Part shown: positions 13,141-26,355 of the stretch, piece by piece | Layout: every line of letters begins with the position of its first letter | Numbering within the stretch: the stretch's first letter is position 1 | DNA from: Chiloscyllium plagiosum | Lineage: Eukaryota | NCBI RefSeq assembly: GCF_004010195.1 | Contig: NC_057728.1 | Span: forward strand, 46,062,091 to 46,116,012 | Reading direction: 5' to 3' | DNA: 53,922 nucleotides | Position numbers and translations under genes: made by a program | Notes under the pieces: model-generated | Told to the model about the DNA's origin: nothing | Databases searched by the model: none | The model's input: only the letters and a program-made list of their open reading frames with translations

Positions 13141-13539
13141 ATAGGATTTCTTGTTATAATAATGTAAACTTTCACATTTCAACTTCTAAAATTTGCTTTG
13201 AGTACCTGAGATCTACATGGACTAAAAGATTGTTAAAAAAAAGGAAGAAACATCGAACTAAAATGACTGGTGAGATCACCAGACCACAGATTGAAGGCAG
13301 TTCAAGAAACCAATGTAGAATTAACAAAGTCATCTGAACTGAAATTATAACTTTGAGTAAAGACTTTGAAACTAGCCAGCTAACTTGGATGTCACATAAT
13401 TTTCACCTGGTATTTTAATTTATACTATTATGAAACATTGCACATATTGGACATGAAAGGGTTGCTTACATCTAACCAGTTTAGAAAGAGAACAAAATCA
13501 GACTCTGGAATACATGAATGAATAGTATTTCAGTCATAA

Positions 13540-13636
13540 GCAAAATCAGAAATTGCTGGAAAATCTCAGCAGGTCTGGCAACATTTGTGGAGAAAAATCA
13601 GAGTTAATGTTTCGATTCCATTGACCCTTCTTCACT
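13540..13636 (-). mobile_element. Short pLTR derivative with decayed hammerhead
   Basis: Minus strand gTGAAGA agggtc aatg gaatc GAAAC ATT; same family as 6355. Confidence 0.65.
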
Positions 13637-14091
13637 ATTCTTGTTTTGAATTCCAGTGTCCAGAGTTTTTTTTTGCCTAGTATTTCAGTAATTGGTTGGC
13701 AGAGCAGCAGACCAAGTTAAAGAGAAAATGGGAATTGTAGCAGCAAGGACTGTCAGTTCCCTCTCTTTCTCTCTCCCCAAATCTTCCCATCATCTCAAAG
13801 CCAGCACTAGTGAAGGAACAATGAGAAACATACATTTATTGACAACTCAAGAATTTCATACATTTCACTACTGCTGAAAATATAAGACCATCAAATAAAC
13901 AGCCAGGGTCTTGGGTTTAAGTATTTTAACTCAAGAACTCCAAGAACTTCTATAATTGTATATTCTGTATTGTCCTATTATGTGAATCACTTGGTACCTT
14001 TTATACTTGTTCACATTTGATGTACTTTATATTTTTGTTGGGATTAGTGGGGAATAAAATTCCCTTTCCTTTTACTCAAGTAAACCTTGTA

Positions 14092-14265
14092 ATCTGGTTC
14101 ATTCACGTCCTTTAGGGAAGGATATGTGCCATCTTTACGTGGTCTGGCCTACATATGACTCCAGATCCACAGCAATGTGGTTGAGACTTAACTTATCTTG
14201 GAGCAATTAGGGATGAGCAATAAATGCTGACCTAGTCAGTGCTGCCAATGTCACATGAACAATTT
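14092..14265 (+). mobile_element. SINE 3' half (probably Meta-domain SINE) with a LINE-derived tail
   Basis: ctggttca..gtcctttagggaagga..gtggtctggcctacatatgactccagatccacagcaatgtggttga; tail gcaattagggatgagcaataaatgctg resembles 4764-4830 and 25915-25985. Confidence 0.65.
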
Positions 14266-15334
14266 TAAAAATTTTGATCTGGTATTCTATGTTTTAATTA
14301 AAAGTGTGAAATTGTTTTGTGCAAAATGAAATAAATGTATAAATTGTGACCAACAAAGGGGTTTTGAGAAGGACAACAGATTCACCCTCTTCACCTGATT
14401 GTGGCAATGCTAAAGCACTACATCAATGCCAATCATCTATTTCTGAACATTTTTAACAAAACAGATATTTTGTGTGTAATGATAGTCATTGTAATCACAT
14501 GATCAAAATATATTAAATGGATAATGACAATTTTGTTTTTATATTTATGGATAGGAAAGATTTGGAATTGAACCTCTAGGATTTTTTTGTTTCAAAACCA
14601 GCATGCTGTCTTTGTAGAGCTACATAAAGTATATGTTTTAATTTGCAACAATGCACTCACATGATATTTAAGGTGTAGCCATTAATTGGAAACCTGTAGG
14701 AACTAACAATACCTTCAGTTTTCCACATGCTTATTTTCTAATATTAGTATTATTACCAGGGTGAGATTACTAATTAAAAGAGATAGGGTGAAGGGAAAAC
14801 CACAGAGAAAACTATCTCAAGACACAAACTGTCTGGAGGGTCATCAGATCTAAATCAGGATTAGCTGTGTTGCTGTAATGCAGTCTGAGATTGTAGGAAA
14901 TGTACTTCGTTCTTTTTCTGTATGGATGAAGGGACAGTGGAACAGGATTATTAACTTGACACAATACTAGAGATAGATAGAAAGAAAAGCATTTTTCCCA
15001 TTCCTTTGTCTTTTTCTAGTAATGAAGCCAACATTAGAAATTCACTGTCTGGGGAACCGTAGTATGAATTTTATTATCAATATAAGCGATCATGCTAAAG
15101 TGCATAACCATCAAAATTATTTTATCATTGCTAAATTCTCTGTTATATATTAGAAATTGATTACTGGTTTGATAATGCTTTCCCAAAACTATAAACAGTA
15201 TGCTCTGATACTTTTTAAATTTCAAGCAGAGATAATCTGCTACCGTAGACTTGGAATAAAATGGTCTCCATTGGCCTCCATTTTTACAGAGTGGTGAGGA
15301 GAGACAGCGGAGAGAAGTGAGGGCTGCAGGCAAT

Positions 15335-17390
15335 TCTGAACTTAGTGCTGTGCAATGAGCCAGATTTTATAAAAGATCTTAAAGTAAGGTAACATTTAGG
15401 AGGCAGCGATCATCATATGTTAGAGTTCAGCCTGCAGTTTGAAAGAGAGAAGGCAAAATCGGATGTAATGGTGTTACAGTTAAATAATGGTAATTACAAG
15501 GGCATGAGAGAGGAACTGATGAAAATCAACTGGAAGCAGCGCCGAGCGGGGAAGACAGTAGAGCAACAATGGCAGGGGTTTCTGGGTGTAAGTGAGGACA
15601 CAGTATAGGTTCATCCGAAAGAAAAGAAAGATTATCTCAGGGTGGGAGTGGGGGTTGGGGGGGGGCATTAGATAGCCATGACTGACAAAGGAAGTCAGGC
15701 AATGTATCAAGGAAAAAGAGAGAGCCTATAAAGTGGCCAAGAGCACTGGGAAATCAGAAGATTGGGAAGACTACAAAAACAGAGGATAACAAAGAGAGAA
15801 ATAAGGAAGGAGAAGATCAAATATGAAGGTAGGCCAGCCAGTAATATTAGAAATGATAGCAAAAGTTTATTCCAATACATAAGAAACAAATGAGAGGCAG
15901 AAGTAGACATTGGGCTGCTCCAAATTGATGCAGGAAAGCTAGTACTGGGAGATAAGGAAATAGCTGAAGAACTTGATAAGTACTTTGCATCAGTCTTCAC
16001 AGTGGAAGGCATGAGTAATATCCCAACAATTAAGGAGAGTCGGAGGCAAAGTTGAGTATGGTAGCCAATACAAAAGAGAAAGTACTAAAAAAGTTAAAAA
16101 TTGATAAACCTCGATTGGCTACATCCTACAGTTCTGGAGGAGGTAGCTGAGGAAATAGCGGAGGCATTGGTTGTGACTTTCAAAAGTCACTGGAGTCAGG
16201 GAAAGTCCCAGATGATTGGAAAATCACTGTTATAGTCTCCTTGTTCAAGAAAGGATCAAGACAAAAGATGGAAAATTATAAGCTGATTAGCCTAACCTTG
16301 GTTGTTGTTAAAATTTTAGAATCAATCATCAAGGTTGAGATTTCTAAATTCTTGGAAGTGCAGGGTCAGATTAGAACAAGTCAGCATGGATTTAGTAAGG
16401 GGAGGTCCTGCTTGACAAACCTGTTAGAATTCTTTGAAGAGGTAACAAGTTGTGTTAGACCAAGGAAACCCAGTGGATGTTATCTATCTAGATTTCAAAA
16501 GGCTTTTGATAACATGCCTCATAGGCGGCTGCTGAGTAAAGTGAGGGCGCATGGTGTTCGAGGTGAGCTACTGGCATGGATTGAGGGTCGGGCTGTCTGA
16601 CAGAAGGCAGAGAGTTGGAATGAAAGTTTTTTTTCAGAAGGGCTGCCGGTGACAAGTGGTGTCCCGCAGGACACCAGTATTGGGGCCGCAGCTGTTCACT
16701 TTATATATTAATGATCTGGATGAAGGGACTGGGGGCATTCTGGTGAATTTTGCCGTTGATACGAAGTTAGGTGGACAGGCAGGTATTACTGAGGAAGTAA
16801 GGAGGCTGTAGAAAGTTTTAGAGAATTTAGGAGAGTGGTCTAGGAAATGGCTGATGAAATTCAACATGAGCAAATGTGAGGAAGGGCATACTGGCACTGA
16901 AGCATGTCCAGTGGAGTTTCACATGGATGATCCCTGGAATGGTAGGCCTAAAATATGATGAACAGCTGAGGATCTTGGGATTGTATTCATTAGAGATTAG
17001 AAGGTTGAGGGGAGATCTTATAGAAACTTACAACATAATGCACAGCTCAGAAAGATTGGATGCTGGGAAGTTATTTCCCTTAGGCGGGAAGACTAGGACC
17101 CATGGGCACAGCCTCGGTATTAGAGGGGTCGATTTAAAATAGAAATGAGGATGCATTTCTTCAGCCAGAGAGTGGTAGGCCTGTGGAATTCATTGCCATG
17201 GAGCACAGTGGAGGCTGGGATGTTAAATGTCTTCAAGGCAGAGACAGATAAATACATGATCTTGCAAGGAATTAAGGGCTACAGGGAGAGTGCGGGTCAG
17301 TGGAATTGAAATGCTCATCAGCAATGATTAAATGACAGTGTGGTCGCGATGGGCTGACTGGCTTTACTTCCATTCCTATGTCTTATGGTC
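15335..17390 (+). mobile_element. CR1/HER1 LINE ORF2 remnant, 5'-truncated, internal deletion near 16880
   Basis: EN end (LGGSDHHM), QHGFSKGRSCLTNLLEFFEEVT, FQKAFD, SGVPQ, RRLRGDLIETY, 3' UTR; many stops. Confidence 0.93.
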
Positions 17391-17441
17391 ACTGCTAAAT
17401 AGAGGCAGGATAATGTTGCAGCAGGGTATAACAAAGGAGTT

Positions 17442-17662
17442 TGAAATTACCCCACAAGGCTGGTTTCCCATCAACAAGTCACCCTTGATTTACACATGGA
17501 GAGTCCTTGACACTGATCCAGCTCCCTCAGAGTGAAGAGAACTTCTGATACTCCTGTTCATATTGTCAGCCAGGACTCCCTGATTGGACCAGATTAACCA
17601 TCCCAGTGAAGGAATTCATATTTTCTGAGGATCACCTGGCTGACCTCATTATAATCAATACA
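17442..17662 (-). mobile_element. Solo LTR, about 220 bp (Gypsy-type)
   Basis: TG...CA termini (tgtattgat...taatttca on minus), CCAATCAG followed by a TATA-like atatgaa; TSD not clean (gagtt/gacct). Confidence 0.6.
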
Positions 17663-17957
17663 GACCTGACCAGTGTAATATAGACCAGTCCAACATATCT
17701 GCTTTGGCTATAATACTGTTATATCTCTGCATCAAGTATGTTTTCCAGTATAGCTGGGACTGAGGCAGTGGGATGCAGAGAAGTAAGGTTTTTCTGAATG
17801 AGAGGGGTGAGGATCTCAAGATTTTGAAGGTTATGCTGTAGTGTGGTGAGTTGAAGGGAGGGAGCTGTGGTGTGTAAGGAGGTGGGGCATATGACAGCGA
17901 GGGATGGAGAGTGGCTGGTGGAGATAGTAGCGAGGGGGCACTAAAATCCCTACAGAA

Positions 17958-18197
17958 TCCTGGAAACAGGCCCTTCCGCCCAACAGGTCCACACTGACCC
18001 TCCGAAGAGTCACCCACCAGACCCATTACCCTATCCCATTACTCTACATTTATCACTGACTCATGCACCTAACCTACACATCCCTGAACACTATGGGAAA
18101 TTTAGCATGGCCAGTTCACCTAACCTGAACATCTTTGGACTGTGGGAGGAAACTGGAGCATCCAGGGGGAATCCACGGAGACACGGGGAGAATGTGT
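17958..18197 (-). mobile_element. HE1 SINE, 5'-truncated
   Basis: Reverse complement of V-domain and tail. Confidence 0.88.
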
Positions 18198-20640
18198 AAT
18201 CTAGAGAGGATATGGGGATGGGATAACAGACTGGAACTGTTGGGCTTAGAGAGGAGCTACTGTGTATGAGGCGTCCAAGTGGAGGGAAGCAGTTGGAGGA
18301 ATAGGGCTTTGGGAGTGGTGAGGTGCCCAGATGGAGTTTGGGAGGAGCTGAACAGAATACAGTCAGAGAGTTGCAGCTGGGAATGGATGGTGATTTGGAG
18401 GACAGGGATTGTGTTGGATGCTGGGACATCGTGGGTGGAGGGAAAGGTAGACTAGCTAATGGTGATTAAATGTACTCCTGAAGGTTTCATAATATGATTT
18501 TCCTCAGTTCATCTCCAGCTATTAGTTCAGCCAGCACATCCACCTTGTGGCATGTTATTTCCCTACCTCAATTTGAAAACAAAAAAACTCAATGTCTGAT
18601 TCGGCAAAGCCAAGCAGTCACGTTTCCATTTTTGATATTATTTTTATATCTGTTAGTGAGAAATGTTTGATAAGAAAGCAGTGTGATTTAATGTCCTTGT
18701 GATTTTACTTTAGCGTTGGACAGAACAAGGCCCTTGAGATGGATCCTCAGTTCCTGGAGACTCCAGACAATCCTTAAGGCTTAATGACCCTAAATGCTGG
18801 AAGGGTAGATGGAGGTTGTAGGGAAGTTGACGGTCTGCAGAGAATCAGAGGATTGTTGTGGGCTGGTGGGGAAGAGCTGCAATGAACATTAATGTATAGG
18901 CGCACAGACCCCAGCAGATTTTTAACTGTTACACAAGAATTAAATGTGTTTTAAAGATATTAGTTTTCAAAAAGGATCCACATTGTTTTTGAATATGAAC
19001 AATCATTTTTTTTAAAAAAAGACATAACTATTTTTGAGTTAAACAGACTCAAGGCAATGCCTTCAGTTTGTAGCATCAAAAGACTGGTAGATAAGATTTC
19101 ATGAGCAATGTGCCATCCTGAGTAGCCATGTTAATTGTCCCGATGGTAGGCCTTGCTGCAGGATGAAGAGACAGCTTTTCTTGCAAAGTGAAGACAGTCA
19201 ATTGATATTTCATGTGCTGTGAGCACTGTATTTCACAGCCTCATGACTGAGAGGAAAATCTTGGTTGATGTGCCATTTAGACTGTGGAATTGCAAGGGTT
19301 GTTTCAGGCAAGTGACACAAGTGACCGGTAACCTTTCATGGTATTGCCATGCTCCGAATTAAAAGTAGTAGCAGTTATGCCAGTATTCATTTTAATGATG
19401 TAATTGCTGAAATTGTCTAAAAGCTCAGAACATTTCAACCAGCCTTTGTTTTAGAGCCCATTAAAAAGCAACATTTTTCCTGTACAGCAATATGGCTCAG
19501 TATTGAGGAACAACTTAATTTAACTCCAATTTAAAACAAGGATGAATGCTGAAAGCTATAACTGCATATACTTAAAAGTCGAGGTAACTTCTGTGCTAGT
19601 GAACTCATCACTAATTATCCTTACTGCTGTCCACCTTAATGTTTTTTATAGATTGTGCACTGCATCATGGAATAGGATGTAATACCTTCTGTCATGGAGA
19701 CAAGAGGGTTATTAATTGATGTAAAGTGACAGTGAACCATAGGCCCTTAAATTATGAACTCATCTGATACTTAAATGCAAGAGCCTCATATTAACCAGTC
19801 TTTACTGTCCAGTATTTGATATATTTTAGATAATTCTTTCATTCCAGTTATTCTACGACAGCTTTCAACTACTCCAAATGGCAACATATTATTAGTTATA
19901 TTCTATTCCATTTACATCACCACTGAACATACCTCATGTTATAGAAATGCATTTGCTAAGCATCAGCTCACAACATTCTGTGCAGTGGAGCTTTGGAAGA
20001 GTATAATTAAAATCAAAAGAACTAAAGCTACTGCACCAATGTTTTGGGCTACATTGTGCTTAAATGCATCTTGTGTATTTCCTGCATCATTACAACAGTG
20101 ATGCATGTTTACAATCTGTCCCCTTTGTTAGATATTTTCCTCTCACCTTTGAAATGATGTTTTTCCTCAGGTTATTGGCAGTGAAAACTGATAATGAGTG
20201 GCATGGTGAGACCAATTGGCCATTTGGGATCTTGCTGAATGAAGGCTAATCATAAACAATGACATTTAAGGACTGAAAGAATTTTGTAACTGGTCTGCTG
20301 CTAAAATGGTCTTGTGTCCCAGCAACACCATTATGTAGACTCTGCTGCCCTGGGGTGGGTGATAGATTAGAATGTGTCTGGAAATGTGTCCGATTTATTA
20401 TCAGATACTTCCAAGGACTGACTGGGTTTCAAAAACAACAAACAAAAAGCAGCGATTTAAAATGACCATAGTTATCACCTGACCACAACCTCGGTCTGCC
20501 CTGTTTCATGTGGATTAAACAAAAGACAGCTTGAGTTGAAATCAGCATTTTCTCTGAGTGAAATGAGCAAAGAAACCAGCCAGAGAACCTTTTTTGAGAA
20601 GCATGAGAAGATCCTCATCTAGAAATTGAGGAACATAAAA

Positions 20641-21790
20641 AGGTTCAGGTTGTAGGTTTGCTCACTGAACTGGTGGGTTAGTTCTCAGATGTTTCATCAC
20701 CATGCTAAGAAACATCATCAGAGAGCCTCCAGTGAAACGTTGGTATTCTGTCCTGTTCGCTATTTAAGTGTCTTGATTTGTTGAGGTGGGTGATATTATT
20801 TCTGGTTCTGTTTCTGAGAGGTTGGTAGATGGGGTCCAAATCTGTATGTTTGTTACTGGAGTTCCAGTTTGAATTTGGGCCTCTAGGAATTCCTGGACAT
20901 GCCTTTGTTTAGCCTGTCCCAGGATGGATGCATTGTCCCAGTCGAAATGGTGTCCGTCTTCATCTGTGTGCAAGGATACCAATGTTAGTTTGTCATGTCT
21001 TTTGGTGGCTAGTTAGTGCTCATGTATCCTGGTGGCTAACTTCTTGCTAGTCTGTCCAATATAATGTTTGGTGCAGTCCTTGCAGGATATTTTGTATATT
21101 ACGTTCGTTTTGCTGGTTGTTGGTGCAGAATCCTTTAAATTCATCAGGAGCTGTTTCAGTGTGGCAGTAGGTTTGTGGGTCACCATGATGCCTTGGGGCC
21201 AGAGTAGTCTGATTGTAAGCTCTGAAGTGTCTTTGATGTATGATAGAGTAACGAGAGTCTCTGGGTGGGTTGTGTCTTCCTGTTAAGTTTGTTGTGCAGG
21301 AACCAGTGGACTGTGCTTATCGGGTATTCATTGTTCCTGAATCGGTTGTATAGGTGTTTTTCCTCAGCTTCTTGTTGTTTCGTGGTGCTGCAGTGTGCTG
21401 TGGCCTGTTTAAATAATGTCCTGATGCTGCTCCGTTCTGGGATGTTGGGATGATTGCTCCTGCCGTTGAGTATCTGGTCTGTGTGTGACTTTCCTGTAAA
21501 TGCTGGTCTAAAGATACCCATTGGCTTTTCGTTCTACTGTGACATTTAGGAAGGACAGTTGGTTATTATTCTCTTTTTCTTTGGTGAATTTTATACCAGT
21601 AAGGATGTTGTTTATGTGCTTGTGGGTTTCTTCTACTTTGTTGCGTTTGGTGATGACATAAGTGTCATTCACATAGCAGACCCAAAATTTGGGCTGGATC
21701 ATGGGAAAGGCTTTTTGTTCTAATCTCTGCATAACTGCTTCTGCTATAAATTCTGATATTGGTGATCCCATAAGCGCCCCATTGATTTGT
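20641..21790 (-). mobile_element. Penelope/Poseidon-like element, decayed RT C-half, GIY-YIG and pLTR
   Basis: QINGALMGSPISEFIAEAVMQRLE, YVNDTYVI, SNHP; homologous to 11785-13140. Confidence 0.9.
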
Positions 21791-21792
21791 TC

Positions 21793-22335
21793 GCAGAAAC
21801 AGCTCTTGATGAATTTAAAGGACCCTGTACTAACAGCCAGCAGAACAAATGTCAAATACAAAATAACATGGAAGGACAGCAACATTGGATAGACGGGTAC
21901 GAAGCTAGCCACCAGGATACATGAGCACCAACTAGCCATCAAAAGACATGACCAACTATCACTGATATCCATACACACTGATGAAGAGGGACACCAACTT
22001 GACTGGGACAATGTATTCAACCAGGGAAAGGCTAAGCAAGGACATGCCCAGGAATTCCTAGAGGACAGCATCCAAACCAGAACTCCATCAACAAACATAT
22101 AGATTTGGACCCCATTTGCCAACTTTTCAGAAACAGAATCAGAAATGATATCACCCACCTCAACAAACCCAGACACATGAATAACAAGTGGGACAGAACA
22201 TCAATACCTCACCGGAGGCTCACTGATGGTGTTAACTAGCATGTTGACAAAACGTCTGAGAACAAACCCACCGGCTCAGTGAGCAAACTTACAACCTGAT
22301 CCACAACCTGAGCTTAAAATCTTCTCCAAAATCTC
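21793..22335 (+). mobile_element. Inverted 3' copy of the same PLE (right arm), with hammerhead motif at 22219-22260
   Basis: Reverse complement of 20641-21155; ctca-CTGATGg-t gttaac tagcat gttgac-aAAAC-GTC-tgag. Confidence 0.88.
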
Positions 22336-22850
22336 ATAGAAGGCAGCTATTCAGCCCATTGAGCCTGCTCTGCCATTTAGTTAGCTCATCTTCCACAATG
22401 CTATTTCTGACACTAGCTCCATCTTCCTTGAGATTATTAGTCCACAGAATTCTGGCAATTCGAGTCTGAAACACATTTAATTCAATGATGCAGTTTTCAA
22501 AGCCCTTAGGAGTAAGAGAATTCTAAACATTCACCGCTCTTTGAATGAAAGAAAAAATCCTCCTTGTGTCAGTTTTAAATGGCTTACCCCTTATCCTAAA
22601 ATTATGTCCCCTGCTTTGAGACTCATCAGACATGAGGAGCATTGTCTGTACATCAACCCTATCAATACTCATGTAAGAACTTTCTAAGTTGCAATGGGAG
22701 AATATCTCATTTCAATGGGATAATATCTCATTTCTTCAAAATGCCAAAAAAAAGGGCCCAGCTTCTTAATCAAGATATTCCCATTATTTCGGGGATAACT
22801 TGAGTGAACCTCAACTGCACTCCTTCTTGACAATCAGATCCTTTCTCCTG
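22336..22850 (-). mobile_element. Old CR1 LINE 3' fragment
   Basis: ctattcagcccattgagcctgctctgccatt tail; ccccttatcctaaaattatgtcccct. Confidence 0.65.
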
Positions 22851-24122
22851 CAAGATTTTCACCATTATGAGAATCTTCATTTGTTGGAGGAGGTGAAACA
22901 TTACCTACAGATGGGATATGCAAACAAGCTGCTATTTCAAGAGTCTCTCTCAATGGTAGATGCAGAGAAAATGGATTTTTGACTGCAGAAATGAAACAAA
23001 GTGGAAAAAGCTATTTCTCTGTCTCCCATGAAGAAAAGCCCAGTGACAGGACTGACTGGGAACAAAAAAACAGGAAACCAAGCATTGGATTTCGAAGTCC
23101 ACCATCAAGAGTGGCTCGACAGTAGTCCTACTGATCAATCTGGTTGGGTCCTAAAGGACATAACTGCTAGACTGGGTCTGCAGGAGTTGGTGAGGGAATC
23201 AACATGAGGGAAATCATATTTGACCTCATCCTTATCAATCTGCTGACTGCAGGTGCATCTGTCCAAGACAAAATCGGTAATAGCAACCAAAGAACAGTCC
23301 CTGTGGAGACAAAGTGCCGCCTTTGCATTGAGAATACCCTTCACAATCACTATGCTAAATGGGACAGACTTCGAAGAAATCTAGCAACTCAAGACTTAAC
23401 ATCCATGAGGTGCCTTGGACCATCAATAACAGAAGAACCTGTAAACTCATGGCCCACTCATCCATTACCACATTATCATAAAGCCAGGGGATCAACCCTG
23501 GTTCAATGGAGAGTGCAGGAGCGCATGCAGGAACGGGACCAGGTATGCCTGAAGATGAGGAGTTAAGGTGAAGCTACCAAACAGCACTACATATATGCCA
23601 AACAGCATGAGCTGCAAGTAATAGGCAGAGCTAATGGATCAGCTTTAAGCATTGTTGTCTTGACACATCCAGTTGTGATGGTAGCAGACAACTAAACAAG
23701 CTACTAGAGGAGGAAGCCTCACAAGCCATGATAGGAGACTCCAGCACATCAGTGCAAAGGATAAGGTTGAAGCATTCCCAGCAACCTTCAGCCAGATGTG
23801 CCAAGTAGATGATCCATCTTGGCCTCATCCAATGGTCCTCAGCATTATAGTCTTTAGCAAATTCGATTCACTCCACGTAAAATCAAGTAGTGGTTAAAGG
23901 CACTGGATACTGCAAAAGCTACAGGCCCTGACAACATTCCAGCAATATTATTATAGACTTGTGCTCCAGAACTTGCCACTACCCTAGCTAAGATTTTCCA
24001 GTACAGTTACAACACTGGCATCTACCCTGTGGAAAATTGACCAGGTATGTCCTGCACGGAAAAAGCAGAACAAATCCAGCCCAACCAATTACCACCCCAT
24101 CAGTCTACTCTTGATCATTAGT

Positions 24123-25396
24123 CTACATCCCAGGGTGCTGAAGGAGGTGGCTCGAGAAATCGTGGATGCATTGGTGATTATTTTCCACAGTTCAATGGAT
24201 TCGGGATCAGTTCCTGCAGATTGGAGGGTGGCTAATGTTTTACCACTTTTTAAGAAAGGTGGGAGAGAGAAAGCAGGAAATTATAGACCAGTTAGTCTGA
24301 CCTCAGTGGTGGGAAAGATGCTGGAGTCTATTATAAAGGATGAAATTACGACACATCTGGATAGTAGTAACAGGATAGGTCAGAGTCNNNNNNNNNNNNN
24401 NNNNNNNNNNNNNNNNNNNNNNNNNNNNNNNNNNNNNNNNNNNNNNNNNNNNNNNNNNNNNNNNNNNNNNNNNNNNNNNNNNNNNNNNNNNNNNNNNNNN
24501 NNNNNNNNNNNNNNNNNNNNNNNNNNNNNNNNNNNNNNNNNNNNNNNNNNNNNNNNNNNNNNNNNNNNNNNNNNNNNNNNNNNNNNNNNNNNNNNNNNNN
24601 NNNNNNNNNNNNNNNNNNNNNNNNNNNNNNNNNNNNNNNNNNNNNNNNNNNNNNNNNNNNNNNNNNNNNNNNNNNNNNNNNNNNNNNNNNNNNNNNNNNN
24701 NNNNNNNNNNNNNNNNNNNNNNNNNNNNNNNNNNNNNNNNNNNNNNNNNNNNNNNNNNNNNNNNNNNNNNNNNNNNNNNNNNNNNNNNNNNNNNNNNNNN
24801 NNNNNNNNNNNNNNNNNNNNNNNNNNNNNNNNNNNNNNNNNNNNNNNNNNNNNNNNNNNNNNNNNNNNNNNNNNNNNNNNNNNNNNNNNNNNNNNNNNNN
24901 NNNNNNNNNNNNNNNNNNNNNNNNNNNNNNNNNNNNNNNNNNNNNNNNNNNCTTATGCTGAAAGACTGGAGCGACTGGGCTTGTATACCCTTGAGTTTAG
25001 AAGACTGAGAGGGGATCTGATTGAGACATATAAGATTATTAAAGGATTGGACACTCTGGAGGCAGGAAACATATTTCTGCTGATGGGTGAGTGCTGAACC
25101 AGAGGACACAGCTTAAAAATACAGGGTAGACCATTTAGGGCAGAGTTGAGGAGAAACTTCTTCACCCAGAGTGGTGGCTGTGTGGAATGCTCTGCCCCAG
25201 AGGGCAGTGGAGGCCCAGTCTCTGGATTTGTTTAAGAAAGAGTTGGATAGAGCTCTCAAGGATAGTGGAAACAAGGGTTATAGAGATAAGGCAGGAACAG
25301 GATACTGATTAAGAATGATCAGCGATGATCATATTGAATGGTGGTGCAGGCTCGTAGGGCAGAATGGCCTACTCCTGCACCTATTGTCTATTGTCT
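24123..25396 (+). mobile_element. Young CR1/HER1 LINE, 5'-truncated, spanning an assembly gap
   Basis: LHPRVLKEVA..DWRVANVLPLFKKG..NYRPVSLTSVVGK; RRLRGDLIETYK; (CTATTGT)n tail. Confidence 0.93.
24388..24951. other. Assembly gap (564 N)
   Basis: Run of n. Confidence 1.
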
Positions 25397-26355
25397 AAAG
25401 TGATGGAAGCCGTCATCAATAGTGTTATCAAAAAGCATCTGCTCAGCAATAACTTGCTCAGTGATGCCAGTTTGGGTTCCACTGGGGACACTCAGCTCTT
25501 GAATTCATTACTGTTTTTGTTCAAACATGGACCCTTGACACCATCCAGGACAAAGCAGCCCACTTGTTTGGCATTACATCCACAAGCATCCACACCCTTT
25601 ACCACCAATGCTCAGTCACATTAGTGTGTACTATCTACAAGATGCACTGTAGAAGTTCTCCAAAGATCCTTATATAGTACTTTCTAAACCCACAACCACT
25701 TCCATCATGAAGGACAAGAGAGCAGATGTAAGGGAACAGCATCACCTGCAATTTCCCCTCCAAGACACACGCCATGCTGACTTGGAAATGTATTGCTTTT
25801 CCTTCACTCCCACTGGGTCAAAATCCTGGAATTTCTTCCCTAACGGATTGTGGGTCAACCTTCAGCAAACTGACTGCATCGCTTCAAGAAAGAAGCTCAC
25901 CACCGTCCTTTCAAGGGGAACTAGGGACAGGCAAAAGTTGCTGGGCTAACCACTAATATCCACTTCCGAAGAGCGAATTATAAAAACCTCTTATACCTCA
26001 TTCAAACAATACCCAAAAGATTCTCACTGTGCATTTTATATCTTTGTCTTGCATTTGACATTATCCTGTTTTAACTTTGCGTGAGCATGTGACTGACCAA
26101 CAGCCATATGGATGAAATTGCATCTTTGTTATTTTTTCCTGAGTTAGTAGGTAATAAAATTGCTCTCTCTTATCCAGAAGAAATCCTTATGATTAGCTGC
26201 TTAGAGCTACTATAGCAGTTAACTATTATTTCATCAGAGAGAGGTACAGCATCATGCTAAAAGAAATTTAACCTTTCTTCAACTTTCCCAGCTGGTGGCA
26301 ACAAAGGGCACCTGAGTCAGCCATCCTCACTTGGTCATAACTTTAATAAGAGAAG

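Larger units (their letters stand above)
23040..25985 (+). mobile_element. L2/CR1-group LINE (EN-RT remnant plus 3' tail), split by a CR1 insertion at 24123-25396
   Basis: DFEVHHQEWL, LGLQELVREST, KATGPDNIP, NYHPISLL; resumes at aaagtgatggaag (25397); internal deletion near 25530. Confidence 0.85.

Noticed and set aside
21508..22176. 222-aa minus ORF
   Set aside because: Chimeric read-through across the PLE inversion junction; only the C-terminal half is RT.
24111..25109. 328-aa and 268-aa ORFs
   Set aside because: Inflated by the N gap; the flanks are CR1 RT.
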